Origin: Saprolegnia diclina VS20
Taxonomy: Eukaryota
Reading direction: 5' to 3'
Length of the DNA: 64,000 nt
NCBI RefSeq assembly: GCF_000281045.1
Contig: NW_008246150.1
Location: 90,177 to 154,176 of the forward strand
Shown: positions 50,203 to 63,229 of the stretch, piece by piece
Position numbering within the stretch: position 1 is the first letter of the stretch
How the letters are laid out: the number at the start of each line of letters is the position of its first letter
Notes under the pieces: model-generated
Told to the model about the DNA's origin: nothing
Database searches by the model: none
What the model saw: only the letters and a program-made list of their open reading frames with translations
Program-made: the position numbers and the translations under genes

Positions 50203-51510
50203 ATGATGCACGGCTGGTGGACGCTCGCCGCTCTCCTCGTAGCGTCGGCGCACGCGGTCGTCTGGTCCTCTAGCACCAACCGCCCAACGCACGCCTATCC
50301 TGTCTACACGTATCCAGACAACTTGGATCTATCCACGTCGTTTCCGGTGTCGCTGGCGCGTGGCCAGGACCTGCTGCTGCCGATCAACCCGTTGCGCCAC
50401 GCGCTCTTCCCAGAGGCCGAGACCACGCCGACGGCGCTTGGCTTTTCCATTGCCACGTGCTCGGGCACGGTCCAAGTATCGCTACTGCTGGCCGACAACT
50501 CGACGCGATCGCTCTCGATGCAGGTCTCGCAGTGCTTTACGTTCCTTCTGGAGCCCACGCTATCGTCGCCGAGCCTCTGCCCGCTCTACTTGGGCGCCGA
50601 CGAGCTCTATTGCACGATCGATCCGCATTCGATCCAAGGCGGTACTTCATTTTTCTCCATTTTTGTATTTTTCATAGATATGGCTAGTGCTGCTCATGGC
50701 CGACGACGACGTCGACGCGCATGCCCACGTCCGTCTTACGTCATCGCACGTCTTCCCGGGCTACTCGTCGCTGCTTATCGACGACGGCGCACTCGCCTTT
50801 GCACTGCGCATGCAGGCCGACAACGTCTCGGGCGTGGCCGAGTTCTCGCCGGCTGCGCTCGTCGACCTTGCCGCCACCACACGCGCGCCTTGCGTCAACT
50901 GTTCGTACTCGCTTCTTGCCGTACCGACAGCAGCCAATGCGTCTATATCGACTCGAGCGTTTGGCTGTCTTGCTGCTGACGCGATCGCACTGCAGCTCGC
51001 CCCCAGTGCGCAAAATGGCAATGTGACCAAGGACGTGGCGGCGCTCGGCCGCCTCGTGCCAAGTTCGGGGTGGTACACTGTCTACCTCGCTGCGCAGCAT
51101 GCCGGTCCGTCGCAGACCATGGTGTACCCGCCTGTCAAGCTCTACGTGGCTCACCCTCCGCTTCACCTCGCAGGTACTAGTACACTGCGTTCGTTGTTGG
51201 AGAGTCGAAGGTGATCTCGGACAATGTAGTCTACCTCGGGCTTGGGATCGGAGTTGCGGGCCTTCTGGGCGCAATGGTGCTTGCACGACGCCGGTACCGC
51301 CGTCACCGTGGCATTGGCCGGGGTGACACCCACCACCTCTTGAGCGACGACGAACTCGACGGCGATCGAGGCGAGTTTGTGGGGCTGCTCTCCAACACCC
51401 CAGTCGCCACCGCCAAGCGTACGGTGCATGCTGCGGACGTTGGGAACGAAGGCTTTGACGACGACGACGACGTTCTTTCCCGCTACGACGAGATCGAAGG
51501 ACATGTCTAG
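50203..51510 (+). CDS. Type I membrane protein of unknown function, multi-exon
   Basis: Signal-like MMHGWWTLAALLVASAHA, TM helix VVYLGLGIGVAGLLGAMVLA followed by RRRYRR, acidic tail. Confidence 0.7.
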
Positions 51511-51522
51511 CTCTTTTATCTC

Positions 51523-51567
51523 TTGTATGAGCGGCTAGTATGGTTTGTATGAGCGGCTAGTATGGTT
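51523..51567. repeat. 22-bp tandem duplication in the 3' region
   Basis: ttgtatgagcggctagtatggt x2. Confidence 0.85.
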
Positions 51568-51688
51568 GAGTACACTTTTTTGTGAATTGTGGCACCAACA
51601 AATTTGTCTATCACGCCATCACACTCTAAAACTGTCCACCATTCAAAAATGAATCAAACTTTGCCTTGTGACGAGCCAAATATAGGGA

Positions 51689-53646
51689 ATGCGGCGCGAG
51701 GCGCTTGCGGTGGTCCGTGCGACCTTGATGAACAAGACGTCCACCGATGCGGCCGTGAGCTTGAAAGAGAGCGAAGATCAATTCCTCTTTTTACAAGCGC
51801 TTCGACGCCGACCTATCTCGCGCCACCACGTCGCCCTCCACAATCGCGGAGTCGCTCACATTGGCGACGACCGACCGATCACGACGCCGCCAGATGCGTC
51901 CGACATGGACGTACTCAGCATGGACCGCAACTCGATGATGTGCAAGGCTGTTGTGATTCTGTGGCGCCACCATGTGCGTATGCGGGCTTGGCGGAAATGG
52001 ACGCTTGTCGCGGCCGCTGAGACCAAGCGTCTACGCGAACTGCACCTTCGGCAGCTACGCGACGAAGCGATGACGCTGCTCCGTCAGTCATCGCCCACCT
52101 CGTCCTTTGACGCTGACACCATGGCGACGCTTCTCGAGTGGGCCAAGCAGCTTCACGGCAAGATTTTTCAGGATGTATCCCACGAGCAGCTGCAAGACAT
52201 TGTCTCGCACATGACGCTGCAGCACGTGCCGTGCCACGAGTGTTTGTTTCTCGAAGGCGACATTGGCCACGGGTACTATGTGCTGCTCTCGGGCGCAGTG
52301 TCGATCTACGTGGGTATGCCCGCGACAACGACCTTGCGGCTCGTCCAAGGGCGATTCCCAGCGCTGGAGGCCATTCGTCACGACCCCGCCTTGCTTGGCG
52401 TGTACAAATATGACATTCTCGAAGGAGACGGCTTTGGCGAGGTCCCTCCCACTTTATTGATGAACTACACCGAACAAGCATGGTGTCTCGTAGGTTGCAA
52501 TGTTCAGCAACGAGCGGCGCCGCACGGCCTCGGCATTGGCCAGTCGCGCGTGCGACGTGGTTGAAATTCCCAAAGAGGTAGTACAATGCGAATCCAAAGG
52601 TCATCGCCGAGATGTGAGGTTAGGTGTACGACCGGACGCTCCGAAAAGCGCAGCTGACAGCATATCGCACGGCGCAGGCCATGGCCTTCCTGCCGACCGT
52701 CGATATTTTTGCCGACTGGGTGCATGCCAAGCTCGCAACGCTCTTTGGTCTTCTCGATCGGCGGCAAGTGTCCTTTGGCCAGCACCTCTTGACCCAAGAC
52801 AAGCCCATCACAGGTGTCTACTTCATCTTGTCGGGGCAAGTGCACCTCGTGCAGTCGTGGACGACGCCCGCGAGCGATGTTAAGCCGTCAACGACGCTAC
52901 CGATCACGGTCGATACGGTCGGTCGTCGCGGGATCGTCGGCATCCAAAGCTTGGTCGAACCGCTGCGAAAACGGAGCAAGTACGCAGCGCTCGCCGCGTC
53001 GGATTCGGTTGAGTGCTTCGCCGTGCCTTTGGGACACTTGGACACGTTTCGCGGACTGCTTCAGTCGAGCAATTTAGCGCATTTACGTGATACGTGGCAC
53101 GCGCTCGAGGCGGCGCGGGCAGCGCGTTTCGAGCATGCGATCTCGGTACTGCAAACAAACACGACCGCACTTCCACCCAAACCAACGCCTGTGGCGCCAG
53201 AGACCCCGGGGTGGACCCCGAAACTGCGGTTTGAGCGCGATAAAGGACCGGCTACGCTACCGCAAATGACGTCTCTCGCCGGCAAAAAGTTTGTGTTTCA
53301 CGATTTCGACTTGCTCGCAACAAAAGAGCCCACGTACCTCGCGTCATCGTCACTGCCAAAGATGACGCACGTCGCCAAGCCACCGCTGCGCAAGGACGAG
53401 TGCGCCAAAGTCGCGGCCTTGCATTTGCGCGCGTTTGAAGCGCACCTGTGGGACACGGCGCCAAAAGCGTCACCGACGAAACCCGACGATGTCCGGCGCC
53501 CCGAGCGCCCGCCGCTGCCGCCCTTTGCACGCAGCTTGGCGACGACCCGGTTAAAGGCACGGGCTGTCGCGGCCGAGCACACGTCGTTTACAAAGGCGCG
53601 GCGGGTCGTCCACGAGTCGCTCTTGTCATACAAACATGCGTTTTAG
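51689..53646 (+). CDS. Cyclic-nucleotide-binding domain protein (two CNB domains), multi-exon
   Basis: LFLEGDIGHGYYVLLSGAVSI, GDGFGE, RRTASA, and a second domain with VYFILSGQV. Confidence 0.85.
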
Positions 53647-54193
53647 CGCGTTAAATTATAAACCAATAGCATCTCGGTGGTGCGGACTAGCTACTTTGTA
53701 CTAGCCTAGTAGAGTACGGTCAACGTCGACTAGAGTACGAGCGTGCAATAGACTGCGAATGTATTGAGCAACGTCGGCGTGGATTGCATACGGGGTTAGG
53801 GGTAAAGTGCGGGGTAGGGTTCCGAAGCGAGCCCTCTCTGTGTGCATTCCATCGGCGTAGGACCCCCCGTTCGGCGTCAAACCCTGAGAATGTCTTTGTT
53901 TCTTGGGTCTATCTACTACTTTAGCATGTATTAGTTCTTGAAAAATCCGAAACCCTATCTCGAACGCTCCGGGTTGAAGTTGCTATTCGACGAAGCTAGG
54001 ACGTCGCATATGCTAAGATTAGACATCTGCATTTTTGAAGAAGCATGTCCGAGTACGTTCGCCGCCGCCATCGCGGTGCTTACATTCTTGGCGTAGGCCT
54101 TGGACCCCGACATTTGGGCTCAAGCGTGCGGGTGTCAGCGCCCACAAGCGCCAGTCGACCGAGCTCCACACGCTTCGCATGCGATCGCACGAC

Positions 54194-54850
54194 ATGTCCT
54201 TCGGTAGAAACGTCAGCTTCTCTCTGCAAGGAGCTCACCTGCAAGTAGACGTCGATGCAAAAAGCGCATCACCTGGTCGGAGGTACCTTCAGCAGCAAGC
54301 CCCCAAGCGGTCGCCCAAGCGCAGTCACCAGTCCCTTCCTGGCAGCATCTTGGTGCCCAGCGACAGCTTGCATCCGTCGCAGTCGGAGCCGCTGCATCTC
54401 GCGTACAGTGCTAGCATTGTCCTGGGACCGACGACACTGCGGCCATCGAGCTCGGCAGCGCTTATGACGCCGTCGATTGCCTCATCGTCGGCAACGCTGC
54501 AGCTCGGCCGCCCGAAACCCCAACGCGTCCTCTCGCGTAAGACACTCGAACCCCCCGAGTTGCACACGCCGTACGTCGAGTCGTCGATTGTTGTGGAAAA
54601 TATTGTCCTATGTGCTCTAGACCGTCCACGGTCGCGATCGAAACCAAGCGCCACTTGGCGTTTGGCGGCGGCTTCCTCGTCGACAACCAAGTGGCACCAA
54701 GCACGAGTCCGACCAAGCAACGACCCCAGTCAACCGTGCGCATGTACTTTATCAGCCCGCCGCAGGACGACCTGTGATCGAATGCAGCACCGTGTACACT
54801 CCCGCCAAAATTGCTATATACAGTTTGGCAAGTCTTTCAAAATACCCTAG
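54194..54850 (+). CDS. Hypothetical Ser/Pro-rich protein
   Basis: ORF only. Confidence 0.3.
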   Translation: MSFGRNVSFSLQGAHLQVDVDAKSASPGRRYLQQQAPKRSPKRSHQSLPGSILVPSDSLHPSQSEPLHLAYSASIVLGPTTLRPSSSAALMTPSIASSSATLQLGRPKPQRVLSRKTLEPPELHTPYVESSIVVENIVLCALDRPRSRSKPSATWRLAAASSSTTKWHQARVRPSNDPSQPCACTLSARRRTTCDRMQHRVHSRQNCYIQFGKSFKIP

Positions 54851-57519
54851 TCGCTGTCGTCAATGACGATTATGTCGTGCTCGATCGGCCGTGCGGGCGC
54901 CACGGACGGCGCAGGGACGGCGGCCAATATCTCGTCCTTGACCGAAAGCGCAGACCGCTCGCTTGGCAGCGGGGCGGCAGCCGGCCATTGTGGCGCAAAG
55001 GTTGCTGCGGAGTAGGGCTCAAACGCTGGTACTTCAGGCTTGATGTACGGCATCGCATTGTTGACAACTGGGGCCGGTGTGTGCTCTGCCGCCGGCGTGG
55101 CGTGGACGACCGGCACCTCGGCTTGGACGGCCGGTGCTTCAGTCTTCACCGGCGCCTCGGTTTGTACGACAGGCGGCTCTGGTTGGACGACCGGCGCCAC
55201 GGGGCTGTCGGCTTCTTCCGTCTCTTCGTCTTCCGTCTCGGTACCGTCGTCATGAGCCGCCGCCACAACCTCCTCGCTCGCCTCGGGCTCGTCGAGGACA
55301 TCGGGCGTCGGTGGCTCCTCGCGCGGGGGCTCACAGCGACGCATCATATCACGCACGGTACCAAGGAGCGTACTCCACTCGGGCAGCGACTCGGTCGCGT
55401 GTTGATGCGCATCGAGCGCCTTCTCAATCGCGGCTAGGGTCCCGAGGGCGTCCTTCTTGTGCGACTCAATGTTATCGAGGTTGGTCTCCATCTCGAGCAC
55501 TTGGCGGTCAATGAGCTTGGCCAGCGGCGGACTCGGCAGCGTCACGTCGCGCTTGGCGAGCTTGAGTGCCGGCAAAAGCTCATGCTCATCTTCATTCGCA
55601 TCTCGTTTCCGCTTGAGGCTCTCCTTGCGCGCGAGGAGGACGCTCTTCATGCCAGTGTAGTGCGCTCCCATCAACTCCCACTTTTTGATCGACTGCGCGA
55701 GGCCCTTGAGCTTGTCGGCAAGGATCGTCACGAGGAGGTAGTCGGCGCTGCCTTGGAGGCCTTGCGTGCACTCACGGTACGCAGGAATGAAGCGTTTGGC
55801 CAAGCTAATTGCACGCAGAGTCTAGTCATTTTCTATAATCACAAAACAAGTGGAGAATAGTCTCTACCTTGCGGTGGCGGACCGCATTGTCAATGAGGGC
55901 GTTCTTCTGCGCAATTTCGTGCTGGATCGCAGCGACGCTGGCTTTGGCCGACGCCATCTTGGCGGCCCACTCGTTGTAGATGCGCAGCTCCTTCTGCCAC
56001 GCGTCGCAGGTCTTGGCCTCGCGGATGTCGCAGGACCGCAGTCGCTTCTCCGAGAGCGTCTGTAGCGCCGTCACTGTGCGTTGAAAGTGGTACCGGGCTG
56101 AGAGAACGCCATGTCGCAGGTTCAAAACGTGCACGAGACCGTCTACGCCCGGCGAAAAGTGGTCTGCATTCGCATCGTTGTCTCGGGTGCATGACGTCGC
56201 CACCTTCTTCAACTAGACACAAGCGATAGTTTTAGATGGCAACTGTCGAGCGATCGTACGTCGTGGTCGATTGCGAGCAGCGCCTTGGCCATGTCGAGGG
56301 ATGCGAGATGCACGAGCACCTCGCCCGTGCTGTTGAGCAGTAGCTGCATGCGCTGGTCGTTGGCGCCGAGACGCTGGAGCATCCCGTCGATCTGCGTCAG
56401 CAGCGACGTGGCGGTCGCCGGCGAGACATCGGCGGCGAGGGCGTCAAGGTCAACGACGTCATCGCTGGCGCCGAGCGCCATGAGCGACGAAGACGAGGTC
56501 GCGGCTGTCTCCATTTCCTTGGTCTCTTCTTCGTCCTTGATGCGCGGACTGGCAACCGAGGATGCGTCATTGATGGCAGCCGGCTCGTTCTCGGTGATTG
56601 CCTCGCTGGATACGGCGCCGTACTTGACAACGACTTGGCGTAGGTCGCGCAAGAGGCTTTGCACCAACGAGCACTAGGTAGACAAAATGGATGAGAGCGA
56701 AGCCAGACAGGCAGGAGTACGTGGTGGTCGATGCATTTGCTGCAGTAGTACGCTGAAGCTGTCGTAGTCGTCTAGCAAAAGGCCACGTCACGATACAATC
56801 TGCATGTGAGAAGCGAGACGACGTACGTTGGTGTCGTCGACGCACGCCTTGTGGTGGACAGCGGCGCAGGCTTCGCACTTGACGCAGAGGTCGAGCGAGC
56901 CCCGGTCGCGCGAGCAGATCGCACACAGCTAATAAACATATGAGGTTACATGCTTGTGGCTTGGTAGGACGGAAGGTACCTCGCGCGGGGCTGGCGGCGC
57001 CTCGACGACGCGGCTACGCGTGGGTGGATCGGGCGCGACCTCGGCGGCGCGGCTCCGTGCGGCAGATGTGGATGCAGCGGCAGAGTTCTTGGGGATGATC
57101 TGCTCGCGCAAGTCCTTGAGGCAGTCGCCTGTATCGCTGGCGTAGAGCGAGGCCCACCCCGGGTCGTGCTATGTGCGCGGCCATGAGGCGTTGCACGATG
57201 ATCACCAGACATACCCGTGTCTTCATGCCCGGGTTGAGCGAGCGCTTCATGGCGACCGCCAACGCCGACGGATTGACGTAGCGCTGGCCTTCAAAGAGCA
57301 TGCCACCATCAGGCAAGAGGTCGGCGTGCGTCTTGGTGCGGTAGTAGGTCACGTAAAGCTTCCGCGGCCCTAGACCGGCGCATGAGATCGGATTGTCGCT
57401 GCGCATGGCGTCTACCTGGCTTGATGAGCTGGGCGGAGATGAGGGTGCGCATGACGCCCGTGACGTCCGTGCTCTACGCGATCGTCGGCGCCAGGTCGTC
57501 GTAGCGGCTGTCGTACCAT
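54847..57519 (-). CDS. RAMA-domain plus PHD-finger-like protein with a coiled-coil C-terminus, multi-exon
   Basis: LIKPGPRKLYVTYY...ADLLPDGGMLFEGQRYVNPSALA..MKRSLNP..DPGWASL (MPND-type RAMA), then CAIC...CVKCEAC..VHHKAC. Linkage to the downstream exons 54847-56667 is inferred. Confidence 0.7.
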
Positions 57520-57718
57520 CCTGCCAACCTGCCCACGGAATCCAAAATGCAATTTGAGAGGTTCCGAGATATGCAATGTGAGAGGAAATCAAATTCCGGA
57601 ATTCCGGATACGTTTTGGGACAAGATATATATGGCGCCAAATATGCAATAGCCAAGTCGAGTTGAAATCTCAACTGCACGTTCTTGAGCGACGATCGCCA
57701 TGGTCATCCGACGCAACG

Positions 57719-60099
57719 ATGGACGTGCTAACGCCCTCGACTGGTTCGGACATCAAGCTGTTGGACGCTGTGCGCAAGAACCAGTTGACTGAGGTCGAGC
57801 AACTGCTCCCAGAGTTGATAATTTCCGGATACGAGTGCGAAGGATCAATGAACCGGATACAATGGACTTGATACTTATCAACAACTACCTTGTTCGAGTC
57901 ATTTGCCGTCGCATTCTGCGAGTCGCGACGCATTGGGCAGTTGGATTGATGGTGCGTCGCATCGTTGAGTAGCAACCCGCTAACGCTGTCGTTTGCTTGC
58001 ATCAGGACGACACGTTGTTGTACGCGGCGCGCGACAAGCAAGCCCGCTGGCTCAAACGAGGTGGCAAGATCAACAGCACCGACAAGGTAGGTCCATTCCG
58101 CTGCTTGCTCTTGCGGTACGAACTCTCGCCTAGGACGGACGAACGCTTCTGTACAAAGCGGCTCAAAAAGGCCTTTACGACACCGCCAAGTTCCTTCTTG
58201 AGAACAAAGCCAATGTCCACCAAGCCAAGAGCGTACCTCCTGGATACGTGGGCACAAGCGAACTGCGTTGCCCTTATAGGACGGGTCGACACCGTTGCAC
58301 GTGGCGTGTCGAGAAGGACACGTCAAGATCGTCGAGTTGCTTCTCAAGTACAAAGCCGACACGAGCGTAGCCATGAACGTACGTTATCCAACGCAGGACG
58401 CTCCCATGGCTCAATCACTCTCCTCCTCCGTAGGAAGGCACCGTACCGCTCTACGCTGCGAGTCGAAACGGGCACCGAGCCGTCGTCAAAGCGCTTCTTG
58501 CTGCCAAAGCCGACGTCAACCACGTCGTGATCGTATGCAATTGAACTCGGTGGGCGAGGCGGTCGCTCCACTGAATGCACGTCTCGTAGGGTGGCAAGAC
58601 GGCGATGCAGGTGGCCTCGCGCAATGGTCATCGCCAAGTTGTCGAGCTGCTTCTTCGCGCAGGTGCTCGCGTCGACGAACCTCTGACGCGCGAGTACAGC
58701 TACGAGGGCCGGACCGTTCCAGTATCTATACATTTAGAGTCACACGACCATTCTTCCACTTTAGACGGGCTCGACGTCCCTCTCGGTAGCCATCATGTTC
58801 GGTCACAGCGATATCGTCGCTTTGCTTGGTCGCCCGCCCAGCGTCCCTACCCCCGCCCCGGCGCGGCCTTGCCCCCCTCTGCCCAGCGCGACAGCTCAGC
58901 GAACGTCGATGAGTCATGGACTTGTGCACGACGCAGTGCGCGGCGGTGTGACGCAGGACCTCAACAAGGCGCTGCGCGCACCAGACGTCGACCTCACTGC
59001 GCGCAACGCGGTACAATTTGCAGCTATACTCCCGCCGGAACCACCGTGTAGAACAATGAGACGGCGCTGATCTTGGCCATCAAGCTGCACCACCGCCACT
59101 TCCCGCAACTCATCTACCATGCCATGCATCATCCTGGCATCGTCGAGGTACGACGCAGATTCTTGTATGGAGTTGACGTAGAGATTGTGTAGGTTCCAGA
59201 ACATGAGATTGAAGTCGACTATCAGCGACGACTTGGTTGTGGTGGTACCGGCTATATCAACCGCGGGCTATTTCGCGGCAAGCGCGTGGCCGTCAAGCAA
59301 GGTCGGCCGTCCGGCGCCCAAAGTCTTCGCCGAGAAATCCGCGCCATGGAAACGTACGATGACGATGCGCTGTGTTCCTTTGTCTCAAAATGCAAGTAGA
59401 TGCAACTCGCCGTACTTGCTCGAGCTCATCGCAGTTTCGGGCTGGAGCACGCAACATCCCAAGCTCGTGCTCGAATACATGGACAGCGGCAACCTCCGCG
59501 AGTACCTCGACAAGAAGCGAGATGGTGAGTCCGTCTCGATTGAGTACCAACCGGAAGATGTGGCGTGGGTGATGGCGAGTGCGCTTGCCGACTTGCACCG
59601 GAATGGCTTCGTCCACCGCGATCTCAAGAGCCTCAACGTCCTTCTCTCTTCGGAGAGTTATATCAAGGTCGCCGACTTTGGTCTCACAAGAGAGTTTGAG
59701 GAGAACATGACCACGGAGGTCGGCACCCCAGCGTGGATCGCACCGGAAGTTCTCATGTCCGGCGGCACGTACGACGCTGCAGCCGACGTTTACTCGTTTG
59801 GCGTCGTCTTGATCGAGCTCGTGACGCTTCGAGTGCCCTACGCGGGCTTGAGTCGGTACCAAATCGCACCAGGAGTCCTCAATGGCACGCTGCGTCCGAA
59901 CGACAACTTGTCCATCTTTGCTGATGTTCCCGAGTGGCTCACGCAGCTCATTGACGATTGCGTGGCGTTTGATCCGACGCGGCGCCCGACCGCCAACGCG
60001 ATCCTCGACCGTCTCGCTTTGCACGGTGCCGTCGACGCAACGTCGCCGCACGTTGTGGACCGGATGATGCCGGTACGCACCTCTTTGCTGGAAGGTTGA
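57719..60099 (+). CDS. Ankyrin-repeat TKL-type protein kinase, multi-exon
   Basis: TPLHVACREGHVKIVELLL, ASRNGHRQVVELLL, and kinase motifs VHRDLKSLNVLL, DFG, GTPAWIAPE, DVYSFG. Exon structure unresolved; may be partly degenerate. Confidence 0.8.
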
Positions 60100-60544
60100 A
60101 TGGCTCCATGTCTGCTGTAGACAATGACCTAAGACGATGCGATGATGGCTTTCTTCAGCCAACGCACATGCTTGTGACTCTTGACCGAGCAATTTCATAA
60201 CGTTCTGCGGGCACAAGAACTACTGTTTCGTGAAGTCATGACAACCCTGCGTGTCGCAGACGTTAACTATAGTTTTGTCATTTTGGAACCGACTATATGA
60301 CAAATTTGTCGATGACGTACCAAATTAGGTCCCAGGTTGGAGGCTCCGTGATGTTGTGAGAAGCAGCGGCATACGCTAGCATTTCGGCTTGGCCGAGTAC
60401 CGTGACGTGGCACTTGCTGGCGGCAGATCGACGACGAGCGCGCCAACGTCAATCTGGACGGGGCAGGTGGTGGCAGCACGTCTGCGTCAAAGTGCGTCGC
60501 TGCCACTAAGTGCGAGGAACGATGATGGACGACAGGAGTGTTCT

Positions 60545-60730
60545 GTTCGCGCAAGTCCTTCAGGCGTGCCCCCGCAGGCGCACGCGCGTCTTCCTGCCCG
60601 GGTTGAGCGAGCGCTTCATACCGCCACCGCCGACGCGTTGACGTAGCACTGGCCTTCAAAGAGCATGCCACCGTCGGGCAAGAGGTCAGCGTACGCCTTG
60701 CTTCGGACAACGAGTACATGTTGGAGCCAA
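60545..60730 (-). pseudogene. Decayed duplicate fragment of the RAMA exon(s)
   Basis: acgtagcactggccttcaaagagcatgccaccgtcgggcaagaggtc is nearly identical to 57276-57322, and gcgcaagtcctt matches about 57106. Frame disrupted. Confidence 0.75.
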
Positions 60731-61032
60731 GAACTGGCAACAACTGCAGTTTTGATGATCGATCATGCCAAGAAGGTTCCGGGAGTCCTAACCCTTGCCC
60801 GCCTCGACCCCTCGACTACAGTATCCCAGACTGCATCGAACATGGAGGAGCTCGCAGGATGAGCCGTCTAGACGGCATTGACTGACGAACCGATACTCTT
60901 GCATCATCTTTCGCGACTAGTTGCTGCGGTGCCAGGTCGACTTTGGCAGGAGTCGATGACAATACTGTATTTACACGAGGTACAACTATTCTTTTAATTA
61001 TAAACTAGAGTGGACATGCGACACGGTGGTTG

Positions 61033-62442
61033 TTATGCGGCCGAGCTCGACGTCGTCATGCTGTGCACGAGCGTCGCCATCTTCTTCTCGAGCTGCGACT
61101 CGAGCGCCGCACACGTCTTGTCGGCGAGCGTTCGATCCTTCTCGAGCACACTGCGCCACTGCTCCAGGAGCTCCAAGTTGCGCGCGACGATCTGCTGCGT
61201 CTTGACAATCACATTTTCCGCGCGCTTGAGCCGGCGGTCCGTCTCGCCGCCGTCGTTGAGCGTATCGGGCGTCGTCAGCAACGCGCCGGGCCGCGCGAGG
61301 TCCTTCAACGTCGTTGGAAACTTTGGCAGCTGCAGCGTCGCAAGCAGCGGCGCAAAGTCCGGGTACTTGCGCTTCGCCTCAGGCTGGATCTGAAGCGCTG
61401 CCGACTCGACGAGCCGACCGGCCTCGATCGCGAGCGGGTACGGTCCGAGGATGAACTCCTTCATCGTGTGCGAGTACTCGTTGCCGACGATGGTCGCGAG
61501 GGCCGCGCGGAGAAGCCCAAACGCTTGGCGGTACTGCTTGTAGATATCTTCTACCTGCTTTTGGATCGCGTCGCTGGCCTTGACTTCGGAGGCGGCGACT
61601 GCAATGTGGGCCTTGAGTCGGTGGACGTCTGGTACGACAAACGCGTTGAAGACGTTGTTGAGGATGTCCCGCTTCTCCTGTTCGAGCAGCTCTTGTCGCT
61701 CCATGAGCTCGACGTCGAGGTCGTCCATGGGCACGGGCAGAAGCGACATGGACGTCGACGGCAGCTGGCCGCCGGTCGAGCGCGGCTTGAGCGACTGGAT
61801 CTGCAGTTCCGTGAGGCTCATGGACCGGCGCTCGAGCTTGTGCAACGTGTTGTCGGCGGCCTCGGCGTCGCTGAGCTGCTTGCAGAGCTTGAGCCGGAGC
61901 TTCTCCATGCGCTTCTCCTTGTTGAAGCCAAAGAAGCGCCGAAGCGCCGAGTTTTCTATCTTCTCCATCTTGGCGAGCAGCTCGGCTTGCGTCGCGCGCT
62001 TCTCGATGCAGTCCTTCCGAGCCTTCTCGAGCTCCTTTGAGAGCGCGACCCACTCTTCTTCGTACGGCGCGGGGATGTCAATCTTGCCGCCACGCGTCGA
62101 CGGGAAGAGGCCCGTGCTGCGCTGGCTCGAGAAGAGCGTTCCGCGCGTCGTGCCGGTCGGCGTCGTCGCGCTCGCGCTCGGGCCACGGAAGCTCGTGTTG
62201 AAGCCGCGCGAGCTGCCATAGTTGGAGGGCACGCGCGCGCTAAAGACACCGCGCGACGAGCCGCCGGCCTTGGTCGACTCGAGGTTGTCCCAGCTGTGGT
62301 TGCGCTGGCGGCTCCGCTGGAGGCGCGCCATCTGCTCGAGCTCCATGTTGAGGCGCTCGTAGCGCGCGAGGAGGTTCTGGTCGATCTCGTACTCCTCCGA
62401 GACGCTCACGGAGCGGCCGAGGGTCGTCGTCGTCGGGGCCAT
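61033..62442 (-). CDS. Hypothetical coiled-coil protein
   Basis: 469-aa intronless ORF with strong GC3 codon bias. Confidence 0.8.
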   Translation of the reverse strand: MAPTTTTLGRSVSVSEEYEIDQNLLARYERLNMELEQMARLQRSRQRNHSWDNLESTKAGGSSRGVFSARVPSNYGSSRGFNTSFRGPSASATTPTGTTRGTLFSSQRSTGLFPSTRGGKIDIPAPYEEEWVALSKELEKARKDCIEKRATQAELLAKMEKIENSALRRFFGFNKEKRMEKLRLKLCKQLSDAEAADNTLHKLERRSMSLTELQIQSLKPRSTGGQLPSTSMSLLPVPMDDLDVELMERQELLEQEKRDILNNVFNAFVVPDVHRLKAHIAVAASEVKASDAIQKQVEDIYKQYRQAFGLLRAALATIVGNEYSHTMKEFILGPYPLAIEAGRLVESAALQIQPEAKRKYPDFAPLLATLQLPKFPTTLKDLARPGALLTTPDTLNDGGETDRRLKRAENVIVKTQQIVARNLELLEQWRSVLEKDRTLADKTCAALESQLEKKMATLVHSMTTSSSAA

Positions 62443-63229
62443 CTTGCGCGGAGGCGATACTTGCTACACTGGATCGTCGGCCGCAAGCAGCGGCTTCTGC
62501 CCGCCATCTGCCTCCTCTCGGTATTGTATTATCTTCATGTTTGTATGCCGCGCACCTCATTTTAATGTGGCATGTCACTGGGCGTAATGGGCGTGGCTTT
62601 TTTTTGGCGCCGCATACAAATTCCAAGTGCAAGTGGCAGGGCGCAAGGCCATTGGCTGTCGCCGCCGACAGCATTACTGCCCATATGTATACAAACTTCA
62701 AGTGCTTTGCATACCGACGAACTTCTAGCAGGAGGTCCTACAGCGCGACGAGACCACCGCACCAACTCCGCACCAACTCCGCCACGACTACGACGACGGT
62801 CTTGTCCCATGCACCGCCAGGAGCTATCTTCCGGTAGCTGTAGAAGAGCTTGGACGAGGACCAATGGAGCAGTATAGAGTCTGAGTTGCGTAGGATACAC
62901 TGGACAGAGGACAGACGATGCGAGTGAGATCGGCCGTGTGTTGCTGCTGTGGACACGACCGCGGACCGCTTCTTTACGATGCCAATCAGCGCAGGAGGCA
63001 ACAATAGACTACTAGTGCTTGACCTGTTCTGCAAGAGAATGCTATTGCGATCGTCGGGCGGCGGTTGGCGGCGACTCAGGAGGTCCAAGGAACAGGCGTG
63101 GAAGAGGCAAGGCGGTGGTGTGGACTGCACGTCCAAGCAGCACGACGACTGCGATGGTCGGAGGAGATGCGTCATTGCTCACACCACGATCTCGCCGGGC
63201 ACACGCTGGAACGACGATAGTGGAGTCAG

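Noticed and set aside
53790..53960. Telomere-like words (ggggttagggg, aaaccct; also near 25663 and 42177)
   Set aside because: One or two degenerate units only. At most telo-box-like promoter words, not a telomeric array.
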